Notes under the pieces: model-generated
Database searches by the model: none
What the model saw: only the letters and a program-made list of their open reading frames with translations
Told to the model about the DNA's origin: nothing
Assembly (NCBI GenBank): GCA_016930185.1
Contig: JAFGHK010000076.1
Coordinates: forward strand, 3,005 to 67,004
Length of the DNA stretch: 64,000 bases
Source of the DNA: Dehalococcoidales bacterium
Lineage (GTDB): Bacteria; Chloroflexota; Dehalococcoidia; Dehalococcoidales; RBG-16-60-22
Reading direction: 5' to 3'
Translations under genes and position numbers: made by a program
Shown: positions 55,738 to 64,000 of the stretch, piece after piece
Layout: each line of letters begins with the position of its first letter
Numbering within the stretch: the stretch's first letter is position 1

Positions 55738-57645
55738 ATGCGAATATTAACCGCGCATTTTAATAGGCGTTTCCTTAAGCTGCTGACCGCGGCTTTGATA
55801 ATTTCTCTAATATTAAGTATTATCGGGCCGAATAGCGCTTCAGCGAATCCCGGCTGGTACAATACAAACTGGCAGCACCGCAAGAAAATCACCATCCACG
55901 CCGCAGGGGTCCCGGCCGCCTTAACCGATTTCCCCGTACTTATCCAACTTGGGTCCGATGGTGACCTTGCCGCCAGCACGCAAACTGATGCCGATGATAT
56001 CATTTTCACCGCCTCCGATGAAGTCACCCGACTCTCTCATGAAATTGAATATTTCGACGATGCAACAGGCAACCTGACAGCATGGGTGAAGATTCCCAGC
56101 CTGTCCTCGGTAAGCGACACCGATATTTACATGTATTACGGCAATGCCAGCGTCGGCAACTCGGAAAATGTCACCGATGTCTGGGACAACAATTACAAGA
56201 TGGTGCAGCACCTGGAGGAGACGTCCGGCACTCATAATGACTCAACCCAATATAACAATGACGGAACGCCTATCATTGCGCCTGCATCCAATCAGAATGC
56301 GGCCGGGCAAATCGACGGCGCGGATTACCTGGACGGGAATGATCATGTATCTCTCACAGCTTCTGATAGTATCTTACCCTCAAATCTTAATTTTACTATT
56401 TCTGCCTGGGCAAAACTGGATACCGTCAAAGCCGGGACTTATGCCCCTAACAGGATATTCACGATTTTAGAAAATGCTACCAATTCAAATTTTGCGCTGG
56501 GCGTCTCCAGCGATAGCAAGATAGCCGGCTTTACCAGAAATGGAGTTACGGCTGTTGAATTCAAGGGTGGCACCATAAATACAGGGCAATGGTTTTATTT
56601 TACTCTCATCAAGCAAGGAACGACACACCAGCTATATTTAAACGGTTCCGCTTCTGGCGGCGCGGTTAACTATACACCAACAAACCAGCCGAGCAGTGAT
56701 AACGCCTCAATCGGTCAGGACACATTCAGCGGAACCAGATTCTGGGATGGCATTATTGATGAAGTGCAGATATCTGACATCGCCCGAACGCCTGACTGGA
56801 TTACAACAAGCTACAATAACCAGGTAAATCCGGCGGGATTCTTTACGCTGGGACCGGAGGAAGACGCGACCGTACTGCCCACGGTAACTACCAATGACGC
56901 CACGGTGGTGCAGGAAACAATCGCCACTCTCAACGGCTTCCTCAATAACGACGGCGGCGGGGCCTGCCAGTATGCCTTCGAATGGGGCACTGCTCCCGGC
57001 GTCTATACCGCCAATATTTCCTGGACAGGCAGTATCAATACCGGGGCGAATTTCAACACTAATCTCGTTGGCCTTACCAAGGGGCAGCCATACTACTACC
57101 GCGCCATGGTCAAAAATGCCTCCGGCGTCGATTACGGGGGAGAAATACACTTCCTTACCAAGCCGGACGGTCCCCCTGTTCTTACGGCTAGCACCAACAG
57201 CAGCTCGCAGATCGACCTGACATGGACAAAAGGCACCGGCGCCCAGAAAACGATGATACGGCGCAGCACTGGAACCTATCCCGCTAATTATACGGACGGC
57301 GTGCAGGTCTATTTCGACACCGGCACGAGCTTTTCCGATACCGGACTTACCAATAACACGACCTTTTACTACCGCGCCTGGTCGGAGGTCACCGGAAGCC
57401 AGCAGTTTTCCAATACTTTCGCCTCCGCCAATGCCAAAACCCTTGCAGCCCCGTTCGTATCCCCCTCAACAATCGGCGGCAAGGTTTACTCCGTAAATAA
57501 AGCGGCCGTCCTGCTGCCGTGGATTATCGGCGGGCTGGTATTAGTCATAATACTAATCAATATTCTCTTATACGTGAGGAAAAGGGTAAAATCGCGGCCA
57601 TCTGCTGGTAGAACTGCCTCTCTCAAACCAAGGCCTCCTCCCTAA
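55738..57645 (+). CDS. secreted, C-terminally anchored surface protein (DUF2341-like, LamG/ConA-like and FN3-like repeats)
   Basis: 635 aa with an N-terminal signal (ends SASANP). WQHRKKITI...FPVLIQL...WVKIPS...IYMYYGN is DUF2341-like. A LamG-like block ends in DEVQISDIARTPDWI. There are two FN3-like repeats, then a TM helix and a basic tail. Confidence 0.65.
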   Translation: MRILTAHFNRRFLKLLTAALIISLILSIIGPNSASANPGWYNTNWQHRKKITIHAAGVPAALTDFPVLIQLGSDGDLAASTQTDADDIIFTASDEVTRLSHEIEYFDDATGNLTAWVKIPSLSSVSDTDIYMYYGNASVGNSENVTDVWDNNYKMVQHLEETSGTHNDSTQYNNDGTPIIAPASNQNAAGQIDGADYLDGNDHVSLTASDSILPSNLNFTISAWAKLDTVKAGTYAPNRIFTILENATNSNFALGVSSDSKIAGFTRNGVTAVEFKGGTINTGQWFYFTLIKQGTTHQLYLNGSASGGAVNYTPTNQPSSDNASIGQDTFSGTRFWDGIIDEVQISDIARTPDWITTSYNNQVNPAGFFTLGPEEDATVLPTVTTNDATVVQETIATLNGFLNNDGGGACQYAFEWGTAPGVYTANISWTGSINTGANFNTNLVGLTKGQPYYYRAMVKNASGVDYGGEIHFLTKPDGPPVLTASTNSSSQIDLTWTKGTGAQKTMIRRSTGTYPANYTDGVQVYFDTGTSFSDTGLTNNTTFYYRAWSEVTGSQQFSNTFASANAKTLAAPFVSPSTIGGKVYSVNKAAVLLPWIIGGLVLVIILINILLYVRKRVKSRPSAGRTASLKPRPPP

Positions 57646-57656
57646 CGGGCACTCCG

Positions 57657-58667
57657 TTAGGTGACCAGATTAATAAGGTCGTAAACCAGTAGCGCTATCA
57701 CTCCGGAGGCCGGTATCGTGAATATCCACGCCCAGACGATACGCAGCGTCACGCCCCAGCGTACCGCCGAAAGTCGATTGACAGACCCCACCCCAGAAAT
57801 AGCCCCGGTGATAACATGAGTGGTGCTGACCGGGATACCTAGATTCGTGGACAGGAAAATGCTGGAGGCGGCAGCCGTTTCTGCGCAAAAACCGTCAATC
57901 GGTCTTAGTCGGGTAATCTTCTGCCCCATCGTTTTTACGATACGCCATCCCCCGGTAAGCGTACCCATAGCGATAGCGGCATGAGCGCTTAAAACCACCC
58001 ATAAAGGCACCTCGAACTGCTGAATCAGACCCCCGGCAAAAAGGAGGCTGGAAATGATGCCCATAGTTTTTTGCGCATCGTTGCCGCCGTGGCCCAGACT
58101 GAACGCCGCCGCTGAAAACAACTGTAAAATACGCGACCATTTGTCTATTGCCGCCGGACTCTGCTTATAAACAACCCACATGGCAACAACTTTTAATATC
58201 AAACCCAGGAACATACCCAGTAAAGGCGCCAAGAAAATGAAAGCAAGGGTTCTTATCAAGCTATTATTCCAATCAGGGGTAATAATAATCGCATCGAACC
58301 CGCCTTTAGCTATCGCCGCGCCGATGTAGCCTCCGATTAAAGCATGAGATGAACTGCTCGGCAGACCGAAGTACCAGGTAACCAGGTTCCAGGCAATCGC
58401 CCCGATGAGTCCCGCCAGGATTACGGAAGCGGTCACAATCTCAATATTCACTAACCCGCTGCCGATAGTCTCGGCAACTCCTGTGTGGAAGATGAGAAAG
58501 GCTATAAAGTTAAAAAAAGCCGCCCATACGACTGCCTGGCGGGGTGATAATACCCTGGTGGAGACGACGGTGGAAATGGAATTGGCGGCATCGTGCATGC
58601 CGTTAGTGAAGTCAAATATCAGAGCAATTACGATAATTGGTACGATAAAATACAGGCTCGTTTCCAA
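57657..58667 (-). CDS. PiT-family inorganic phosphate transporter
   Basis: 336 aa, polytopic, with duplicated signature motifs GMHDAANSI and GGNDAQKTMG. Confidence 0.9.
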   Translation of the reverse strand: METSLYFIVPIIVIALIFDFTNGMHDAANSISTVVSTRVLSPRQAVVWAAFFNFIAFLIFHTGVAETIGSGLVNIEIVTASVILAGLIGAIAWNLVTWYFGLPSSSSHALIGGYIGAAIAKGGFDAIIITPDWNNSLIRTLAFIFLAPLLGMFLGLILKVVAMWVVYKQSPAAIDKWSRILQLFSAAAFSLGHGGNDAQKTMGIISSLLFAGGLIQQFEVPLWVVLSAHAAIAMGTLTGGWRIVKTMGQKITRLRPIDGFCAETAAASSIFLSTNLGIPVSTTHVITGAISGVGSVNRLSAVRWGVTLRIVWAWIFTIPASGVIALLVYDLINLVT

Positions 58668-58826
58668 TAGTCAATCCTTGCTCTTAATAGGGAAGCCAGT
58701 CAGATTATACAGTATGAAAAGGAACTTTGCGAATTACCTATGCTGTAATTGAAAACATACTTTTCAAACTCGATGCTAGTCTGATATACTGGACGTATCC
58801 TGAATACTTGAGGTTTGAGTAGACCG

Positions 58827-60365
58827 ATGGACTTGAAATCGATACTGGAAAACGCCGCCGGACGCCTGGGTGATAAGGCGGCTCTTATCTTAGGCGAACG
58901 CCGTATCTCATTCGCCCGTCTGGAAGAAGATTCAAATAGATTTGCCCATGCGTTGATAAAAACTGGGGTGAAAAAGAGCGACCGCGTGGCGATGCTTTTA
59001 ACCAACAGACCGGAGTTCGTGGTTGCTTTCTTCGGCGTTATGAAAGCGGGCGCCATCGCCGTACCGCTGGATACACGCTATGTAATCGACGAACTGAAAA
59101 GCCTCTGTAACGACTGCACCCCCAAGGTATTAGTCATCGAAGAGCCCCCGCTGGCATCGCTGGTTTCCGCCATTCCCGAATTCAAATCCGTCCGGCATAT
59201 CATTACCCTGAACTACCCTGAAGATGAAAAATTTATCAGCTACCAGAATATCATGGCGGATAATCCCCCTTCAAGCGTTAAAACAGACATCAACCCCGAT
59301 GATACTGCCATTATTTCCTACACGGGAGGCCCCACCTATAAACCCCACGGCGTAGCCATATCTCACCGCAGCGCTTATACCGAAGCTATCAATTCCGCCG
59401 CCACGTTCGAGCAGACGGCGGACGACGTGTTCATGCTCTTCGCCCTGCCGATGTACCACCAGTTCGGGCTGACAGCCGTGCTGCTGGCATCCATATACAC
59501 GGGCAACACCATCGTGGTCGTGCCGGGCACGGGGCGGTCAATCGAGAGCTTCATGGAGGCCGTGGAACGGGAAAAGGGCACGATGTACTGCGGCGTCCCC
59601 TATATTTATTCCCTGATGGTGAACGTAGCCAGGCGGGTGGGGGTCAAAAACGACCTTAGCTCGCTGCGACTGCTGGCCAGCGGCGGGGCGCCCCTCGAGC
59701 CAGTGGTGATTAAGCAGTTCAAGAAGTATTACGGACTTGATATTCGCGATATTTACGGACAGACGGAATCAATCTGCCACGTTTGTGTAATGCCCATCCA
59801 CGGCACGGGGAAAATAGGCTCATCGGGCAAGGCCCTGGCCTGCTGGGAGATGAAGATATTCGATGATGACGATAACGAGATGCCTCCGGGCCAGGTGGGA
59901 GAGATAGTGCTGCGGGGTCCGCTGATGAGCGGCTTTTACGGCAAGCCGGAGGCCACCGCCAGGACGCTGAGAAACGGCTGGCTGCACACCGGCGATATGG
60001 GCTGGATGGATGAAGAAGGCTATCTTTTTATCACGGAGCGCAAGAGACGGATGCTCATTTTAAAGGGGCAGAATATATTCCCCGCCGATATCGAGGCGGT
60101 TCTGGAGACCCATCCCAAGATAGCTGAAGCGAGGGTAATGGGGTCGATTGACCTGATACGCGGCGAGACGGTTAAGGCAATCGTGCGCCTTAAACCCGAT
60201 GAAAAAGCTACGGAGCAGGAAATCAGGCAGTACTGCCAGGGACGCATGGCCGATTACAAATTGCCCAGAGAAGTAACCTTCGTGGACGTGATGCCGGAGG
60301 TGATACCGCTTTGGCGCCGGATGCAGTTTAAGGAAGAGGACGTTAAGCTAGAAATATCAGACTAG
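58827..60365 (+). CDS. acyl-CoA synthetase-like adenylate-forming enzyme with divergent core motifs
   Basis: YGQTE, GWLHTGDMG and overall ANL-family layout are present. The P-loop reads YTGGPTYKPHG, and the C-terminal PKTxSGK lysine motif is replaced by PEVIPLW. Confidence 0.75.
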   Translation: MDLKSILENAAGRLGDKAALILGERRISFARLEEDSNRFAHALIKTGVKKSDRVAMLLTNRPEFVVAFFGVMKAGAIAVPLDTRYVIDELKSLCNDCTPKVLVIEEPPLASLVSAIPEFKSVRHIITLNYPEDEKFISYQNIMADNPPSSVKTDINPDDTAIISYTGGPTYKPHGVAISHRSAYTEAINSAATFEQTADDVFMLFALPMYHQFGLTAVLLASIYTGNTIVVVPGTGRSIESFMEAVEREKGTMYCGVPYIYSLMVNVARRVGVKNDLSSLRLLASGGAPLEPVVIKQFKKYYGLDIRDIYGQTESICHVCVMPIHGTGKIGSSGKALACWEMKIFDDDDNEMPPGQVGEIVLRGPLMSGFYGKPEATARTLRNGWLHTGDMGWMDEEGYLFITERKRRMLILKGQNIFPADIEAVLETHPKIAEARVMGSIDLIRGETVKAIVRLKPDEKATEQEIRQYCQGRMADYKLPREVTFVDVMPEVIPLWRRMQFKEEDVKLEISD

Positions 60366-60672
60366 TGTTCCAGACGACGATAGCGAAATAACCCGCCACG
60401 GCAATCCATGTAGTAACCATGGCGGTTTTAGGGAAGCGGCGGTGGATATCAAACAATACCAGGGCGCAGAACAGCGCTCCGGCTACTTTCAGAATCATAA
60501 AGGTGGGCTCGCCCACGAGCTCTTCCAGGAATGGGTTGGCCTCCGAGGCGTTGCCTCCGTTTATAAGGTACTCCGTCAGCACCCCGTCGAGGACAACCAG
60601 GCACACAAGAATAATGAGTAGATATATTATCTTTTTACGGCTGCCCTGCGTTAATAACTGTCCTATTGCCAA
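60343..60672 (-). CDS. small three-TM membrane protein (DUF5658-like)
   Basis: 109 aa with three hydrophobic helices. Its 3' end overlaps the convergent ligase gene by 23 nt. Confidence 0.45.
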   Translation of the reverse strand: MAIGQLLTQGSRKKIIYLLIILVCLVVLDGVLTEYLINGGNASEANPFLEELVGEPTFMILKVAGALFCALVLFDIHRRFPKTAMVTTWIAVAGYFAIVVWNTSLIFLA

Positions 60673-60798
60673 AATATCTCCGCCGAATACGTAAAAAAGA
60701 GAAGTAAAATCTATTCTATCTGCCTTGAGTATAGCATAGAAAATCGGGGTGGGGTATTAAATATTCATTAAAAATTATAAGCTTTTTATAAAAATCAG

Positions 60799-63261
60799 TC
60801 AGCTCCACTCGCCGGCGTTCGCCCATACGCGCGCCATCTCCTGCGCCAGCGGTTTGTGCTCCGCCCTTTCCATGCTGGGGTCAAGGCGGAACAGCTTCAT
60901 CGCCTCGTTGCGCGCCAGTTCCAGAATAGCCACGTCGGACATCTTTGCCATCCGCAGGTCGGGCAGTCCGCTCTGGCGCGTCCCGAAGAACTCGCCGGGA
61001 CCCCTTAATTTCAGGTCCTCCTCCGCCAGCTTGAAACCGTCGTGGGTATTCTCTATTATGTCAAGTCGCTGCCGCGCTACCTCGGAGGGGTTTTCCGAAA
61101 GCAGCATGCAGTAGCTCTGCTCCTGTCCGCGCCCTACCCGTCCCCGGAACTGGTGGAGTTGTGAAAGCCCGAAGCGGTCGGCGCTTTCTATGAGCATTAC
61201 CGTGGCGTTCGGGATATCGATGCCGACTTCTATAACCGGCGTGGAAACAAGAACGTCCAATCTGCCGACGCGGAACTCCTCCATGACCGCGTCCTTGTCC
61301 GCCGACGCCAGTCTGCCGTGCAGCAGGCCGACTTTCAAATCCGTGAAGACCTCCTGTGATAAACGCTCGTACTCCACTGCCGCCGCCTGTGCGGCGACGG
61401 CTTCCGACTCCTCAATCAGCGGACAGAGAATGAAAGCCTGGCGACCCTCGGAAACCTGTTTCCGCACGAAGGCGTAAGCGCTTTCTCTCTGTTCGGGCTT
61501 GAGCCACTTCGTTTTTACGGTCTGGCGTCCCGGCGGCAATTCGTCGATAACCGAAAGGTCGAGGTCGCCGTAGAGCGTAAGGGCAAGGGTGCGGGGTATC
61601 GGGGTGGCGGTCATCACCAGCATGTGCGGGTTGAAGCCCTTTTCCCGCAGCGCCGAACGCTGTTCCACGCCGAAGCGGTGCTGCTCATCGACGACGGCAA
61701 GTCCTAGTTTAGAAAACTCCAGCCCTTTTTGCACCAGCGCGTGCGTGCCGATAACGATATCGACCTCACCGGCCTGCACCTGTTTCTGGATTTGCCTTTT
61801 ACCCTTCTGCTTGATATCACCGATAAGCATAGCCACGTTAACGGGATTGTCTAAAACGCCTTTATAGCTGCGGAGGTAGCCTTCGCCCTCTTCTTTGCCC
61901 AGTTTCGAAAGCAGCTGGCAGATAGTGGCGAAGTGCTGCTCGGCGAGGATTTCCGTGGGCGCCATGAAGGCCCCCTGATGCCCGTTAGCCGCCGCCGTCA
62001 GCAAAGCGGCAGTAGCCACTACCGTCTTGCCGCTGCCGACCTCTCCCTGCAGAAGACGGCTCATGGGGACTTTTTTATTCAAGTCGGCGAGTATCTCCTT
62101 GAGCACCTTGTCCTGAGCCGACGTAAGGGTAAAAGGCAGGGAGTTAATAAATTGCTCTATAAGGCCTGTTTGAATATCGAAAGCCGAGCCCGGCCGGCCC
62201 TCCTGCCAGTTGCGCTTCTTGTTCATCACGCCCAGCTGCAGAAGGAAAAGCTCATCGAAAGCGAGGCGCACGCGCGCTTTATTTTTGGTTTCTTCGCTGT
62301 CCGGGTAATGCGCCTGGCCGATGGCTTCCGGCAGTTTCAGCAGCTTGAGGCGTGTCCGCAATTTATCCGGCAGGAAATCGGTTACGCGCCCGGCCCACCG
62401 GTCGATGAACTCCTTCATCAGCCTCCTGACCTGGCGGGGCCGCAGTCCCTGGGTCAGCGGATAGACCGGCACCAGTCGCCCCGTGTGTACTGTATCCTGC
62501 CCTTCCATGAGCTCCCAGTCCGGCGACAGGAACACGTGGCGCCCCCTGAAAAGACTTACCCGGCCGCTTAATATTATCCGGGCATTGGTGGTCAAGGTCC
62601 TGGCTAAATACGGCTGGTTAAACCAGACGACGCGGATATTGCCCGTCTCGTCGCCGACGATGGCCTCGGCGCTGCGCCGGCCGCCGGGCCGGGTCTCCTG
62701 CGCCTGCCAGACATTAGCCACAATGGTCTGCTCTTCCCCCTCGACAAGCTGCGAGATATGCTTGAGCTTGCTGTAATCGAGGTGGCGATGGGGGAAGTAG
62801 TAAAGCAGGTCGCGCACCGTTTTCACGCCCAGCTTGCCGAACTTGGTAGCCATCGTCGGCCCCATGCCCTTAACGACTGTTATGGGGGCATCCAGTGCCA
62901 CCGCCTGCCCTCCTGCGGAAGGAGCGACCTTTTTCACTGCCTTCACAGGCGTTTTTTTCCTGGGTGATGGAGGGGTCGCGTTTTTAGAAGGGGCGGCAAC
63001 GGTATCAGCTTTGCCTGCCATGCCATCCAGGAACTTCAGGACGTCTTGAGTCCACACTGCGCGCTGCTCTTTAGTCATCGCGGCATAGTCGGCTTTAAAA
63101 AGCTTCTGAAATTTCGCCAGGAGGCGCGGGGTTTTTACCGACTGCACGGCGCCGGCCGACCAGTTACGTAAAAACCCATCCAGTCCCCCGAAGACGGCCG
63201 TATTTGTGTATTCGCGCTGTTTTTCAAGCTGGAGGACTTTACGCAGAGATTCGGTGTTCAT
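60799..63261 (-). CDS. recG: ATP-dependent DNA helicase RecG
   Basis: 820 aa with a wedge domain plus SF2 motifs GEVGSGKT, DEQHRFGV, TATPIPRT and QLHQFRGRVGRG. The N-terminal extension is lysine- and proline-rich. Confidence 0.95.
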   Translation of the reverse strand: MNTESLRKVLQLEKQREYTNTAVFGGLDGFLRNWSAGAVQSVKTPRLLAKFQKLFKADYAAMTKEQRAVWTQDVLKFLDGMAGKADTVAAPSKNATPPSPRKKTPVKAVKKVAPSAGGQAVALDAPITVVKGMGPTMATKFGKLGVKTVRDLLYYFPHRHLDYSKLKHISQLVEGEEQTIVANVWQAQETRPGGRRSAEAIVGDETGNIRVVWFNQPYLARTLTTNARIILSGRVSLFRGRHVFLSPDWELMEGQDTVHTGRLVPVYPLTQGLRPRQVRRLMKEFIDRWAGRVTDFLPDKLRTRLKLLKLPEAIGQAHYPDSEETKNKARVRLAFDELFLLQLGVMNKKRNWQEGRPGSAFDIQTGLIEQFINSLPFTLTSAQDKVLKEILADLNKKVPMSRLLQGEVGSGKTVVATAALLTAAANGHQGAFMAPTEILAEQHFATICQLLSKLGKEEGEGYLRSYKGVLDNPVNVAMLIGDIKQKGKRQIQKQVQAGEVDIVIGTHALVQKGLEFSKLGLAVVDEQHRFGVEQRSALREKGFNPHMLVMTATPIPRTLALTLYGDLDLSVIDELPPGRQTVKTKWLKPEQRESAYAFVRKQVSEGRQAFILCPLIEESEAVAAQAAAVEYERLSQEVFTDLKVGLLHGRLASADKDAVMEEFRVGRLDVLVSTPVIEVGIDIPNATVMLIESADRFGLSQLHQFRGRVGRGQEQSYCMLLSENPSEVARQRLDIIENTHDGFKLAEEDLKLRGPGEFFGTRQSGLPDLRMAKMSDVAILELARNEAMKLFRLDPSMERAEHKPLAQEMARVWANAGEWS

Positions 63262-63342
63262 AAAACAATACCCGCCCTATTATAGTAAAAAAGCGGGTGA
63301 AAAAGCACGGAGAAGGATAATAAGTTCAGGTTTATATATAGC

Positions 63343-64000
63343 TTATTTATCGCCCAGCACCGATACCACTAAAAGCCCGGGGCCGGTGTGCGTGCCGATG
63401 ACCGGTGTGGTGCGGGTACGGTAGATACGCTCCTCTGGGAATATCGTGCTAAGGCGTTTCACCAGCAGGTCGGCATCATCGGGGCAGGCGGCTTCTTCCA
63501 CCGCCATCTCCTCGATATTCGAGTAACTCGCTGCGAACCTACAGAGACGTTCTATCGCCTTTTCCCTTGAACGTGCCCTGCCGGCCGGTTTTACCAAACC
63601 GTCTTTAAGAGTTATAATAGGATTTATTTTCAGTATCGAACCCATCAGGGCCTGCGCCAGACCGATACGCCCTCCCCGCTTGAGAAACTCCAGCGTAGTA
63701 AAAGCTGCCTGTATATCTACCCGCGGGAGGTTGCGGCGTACTATCTCCATTATTTCATCGAGTTTAGCCCCTTCTTTGGCCGCCTGTGCCGCCTTTATCA
63801 CGACAAACCCCTCCGCCATTACGGCACTTAAGGAATCGACTACCTCGATACGGCACTCGCCCTCCATCAGGTTGGCGCTCTGCAGAGCCGCATTATAACA
63901 ACCGGTCAGCTTGGAACTCAGCATGATAACCAGGATTTCATCGGTCTCCTCGGCCAGCCGGGCGTAGGTACGCGCGAACATGTCCAGTGAAGGCACGGCG
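63343..64000 (-). CDS. DegV-family fatty-acid-binding protein (5' end beyond the window)
   Basis: The C-terminal ~215 aa lie in the window. SSKLTGCYNAA and VIGTHTGPGLLVV are typical of DegV. Confidence 0.75.
   Translation of the reverse strand, partial: AVPSLDMFARTYARLAEETDEILVIMLSSKLTGCYNAALQSANLMEGECRIEVVDSLSAVMAEGFVVIKAAQAAKEGAKLDEIMEIVRRNLPRVDIQAAFTTLEFLKRGGRIGLAQALMGSILKINPIITLKDGLVKPAGRARSREKAIERLCRFAASYSNIEEMAVEEAACPDDADLLVKRLSTIFPEERIYRTRTTPVIGTHTGPGLLVVSVLGDK

Noticed and set aside
58700-59056. A 118-aa minus-strand ORF upstream of pit, considered as a possible PhoU/DUF47 partner.
   Set aside because: It overlaps the 5' end of the ligase gene in antisense and has no PhoU-like helical repeat sequence.
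61933-62571. A 212-aa plus-strand ORF inside recG.
   Set aside because: It is an antisense shadow, and RecG helicase motifs occupy the other strand.
1-64000. A window-wide search for transposases, integrases, prophage genes and toxin-antitoxin pairs marking a mobile element.
   Set aside because: No ORF shows recombinase, transposase or phage structural motifs. The compositionally odd segments (1-1200, 45157-46212 and 51211-51999) lack mobility genes and clear direct-repeat boundaries.

Overview
The window is a densely packed chromosomal segment with about 58 protein genes, one SRP RNA, and no rRNA, tRNA, CRISPR array, transposase or integrase that I could see. The gene content suggests an anaerobic, probably uncultivated Chloroflexota/Dehalococcoidia-like bacterium. 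That is an inference from a Dehalococcoides-type RdhA, split transketolase, Mvh/Hdr and non-Pyl MttB modules, and it cannot be verified here. Blocks from left to right: (1) an AT-rich edge with an HTH gene and a PRC-barrel gene; (2) a plus-strand methylotrophy-like cluster with a stand-alone MetH-reactivation-domain protein, two tandem MttB-family methyltransferase plus corrinoid-protein modules, and an AsnB-like enzyme lacking the catalytic Cys; (3) a minus-strand operon hdrA(with inserted GltD/NfnB-like module)-hdrC-hdrB-mvhD-mvhG-mvhA, bracketed by an RHH-REC response regulator and a membrane histidine kinase, followed by MscS; (4) a divergent pair of lipoprotein-type DUF62 and acetolactate decarboxylase genes; (5) a ten-cistron, translationally coupled chemosensory operon mcp-cheW-cheA-cheC-cheD-cheY-cheB-cheR that continues into an HD-GYP protein with a degenerate HD dyad and a 237-aa protein whose N-terminus copies the FliM CheY-P-binding peptide; (6) housekeeping genes (thpR, L25, split tkt, dCMP deaminase, cca, rubrerythrin, ispE, rsmA, SRP RNA, thiL, ndk, rsfS, pit, recG, degV); (7) small anomalous islets, namely an AT-rich stretch next to the SRP RNA with heptamer arrays and G-tracts, an orphan RdhA with a decayed TAT signal and no rdhB, and an AT-rich J-domain/zinc-ribbon membrane gene; (8) a cytoplasmic Mo-bisPGD oxidoreductase coupled to a QueG/RdhA-superfamily Fe-S protein. 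My best candidate for an undescribed system is the non-motor output end of the chemosensory operon (21602-23388). All calls come from reading the ORF translations and the DNA by eye. No database search was run.
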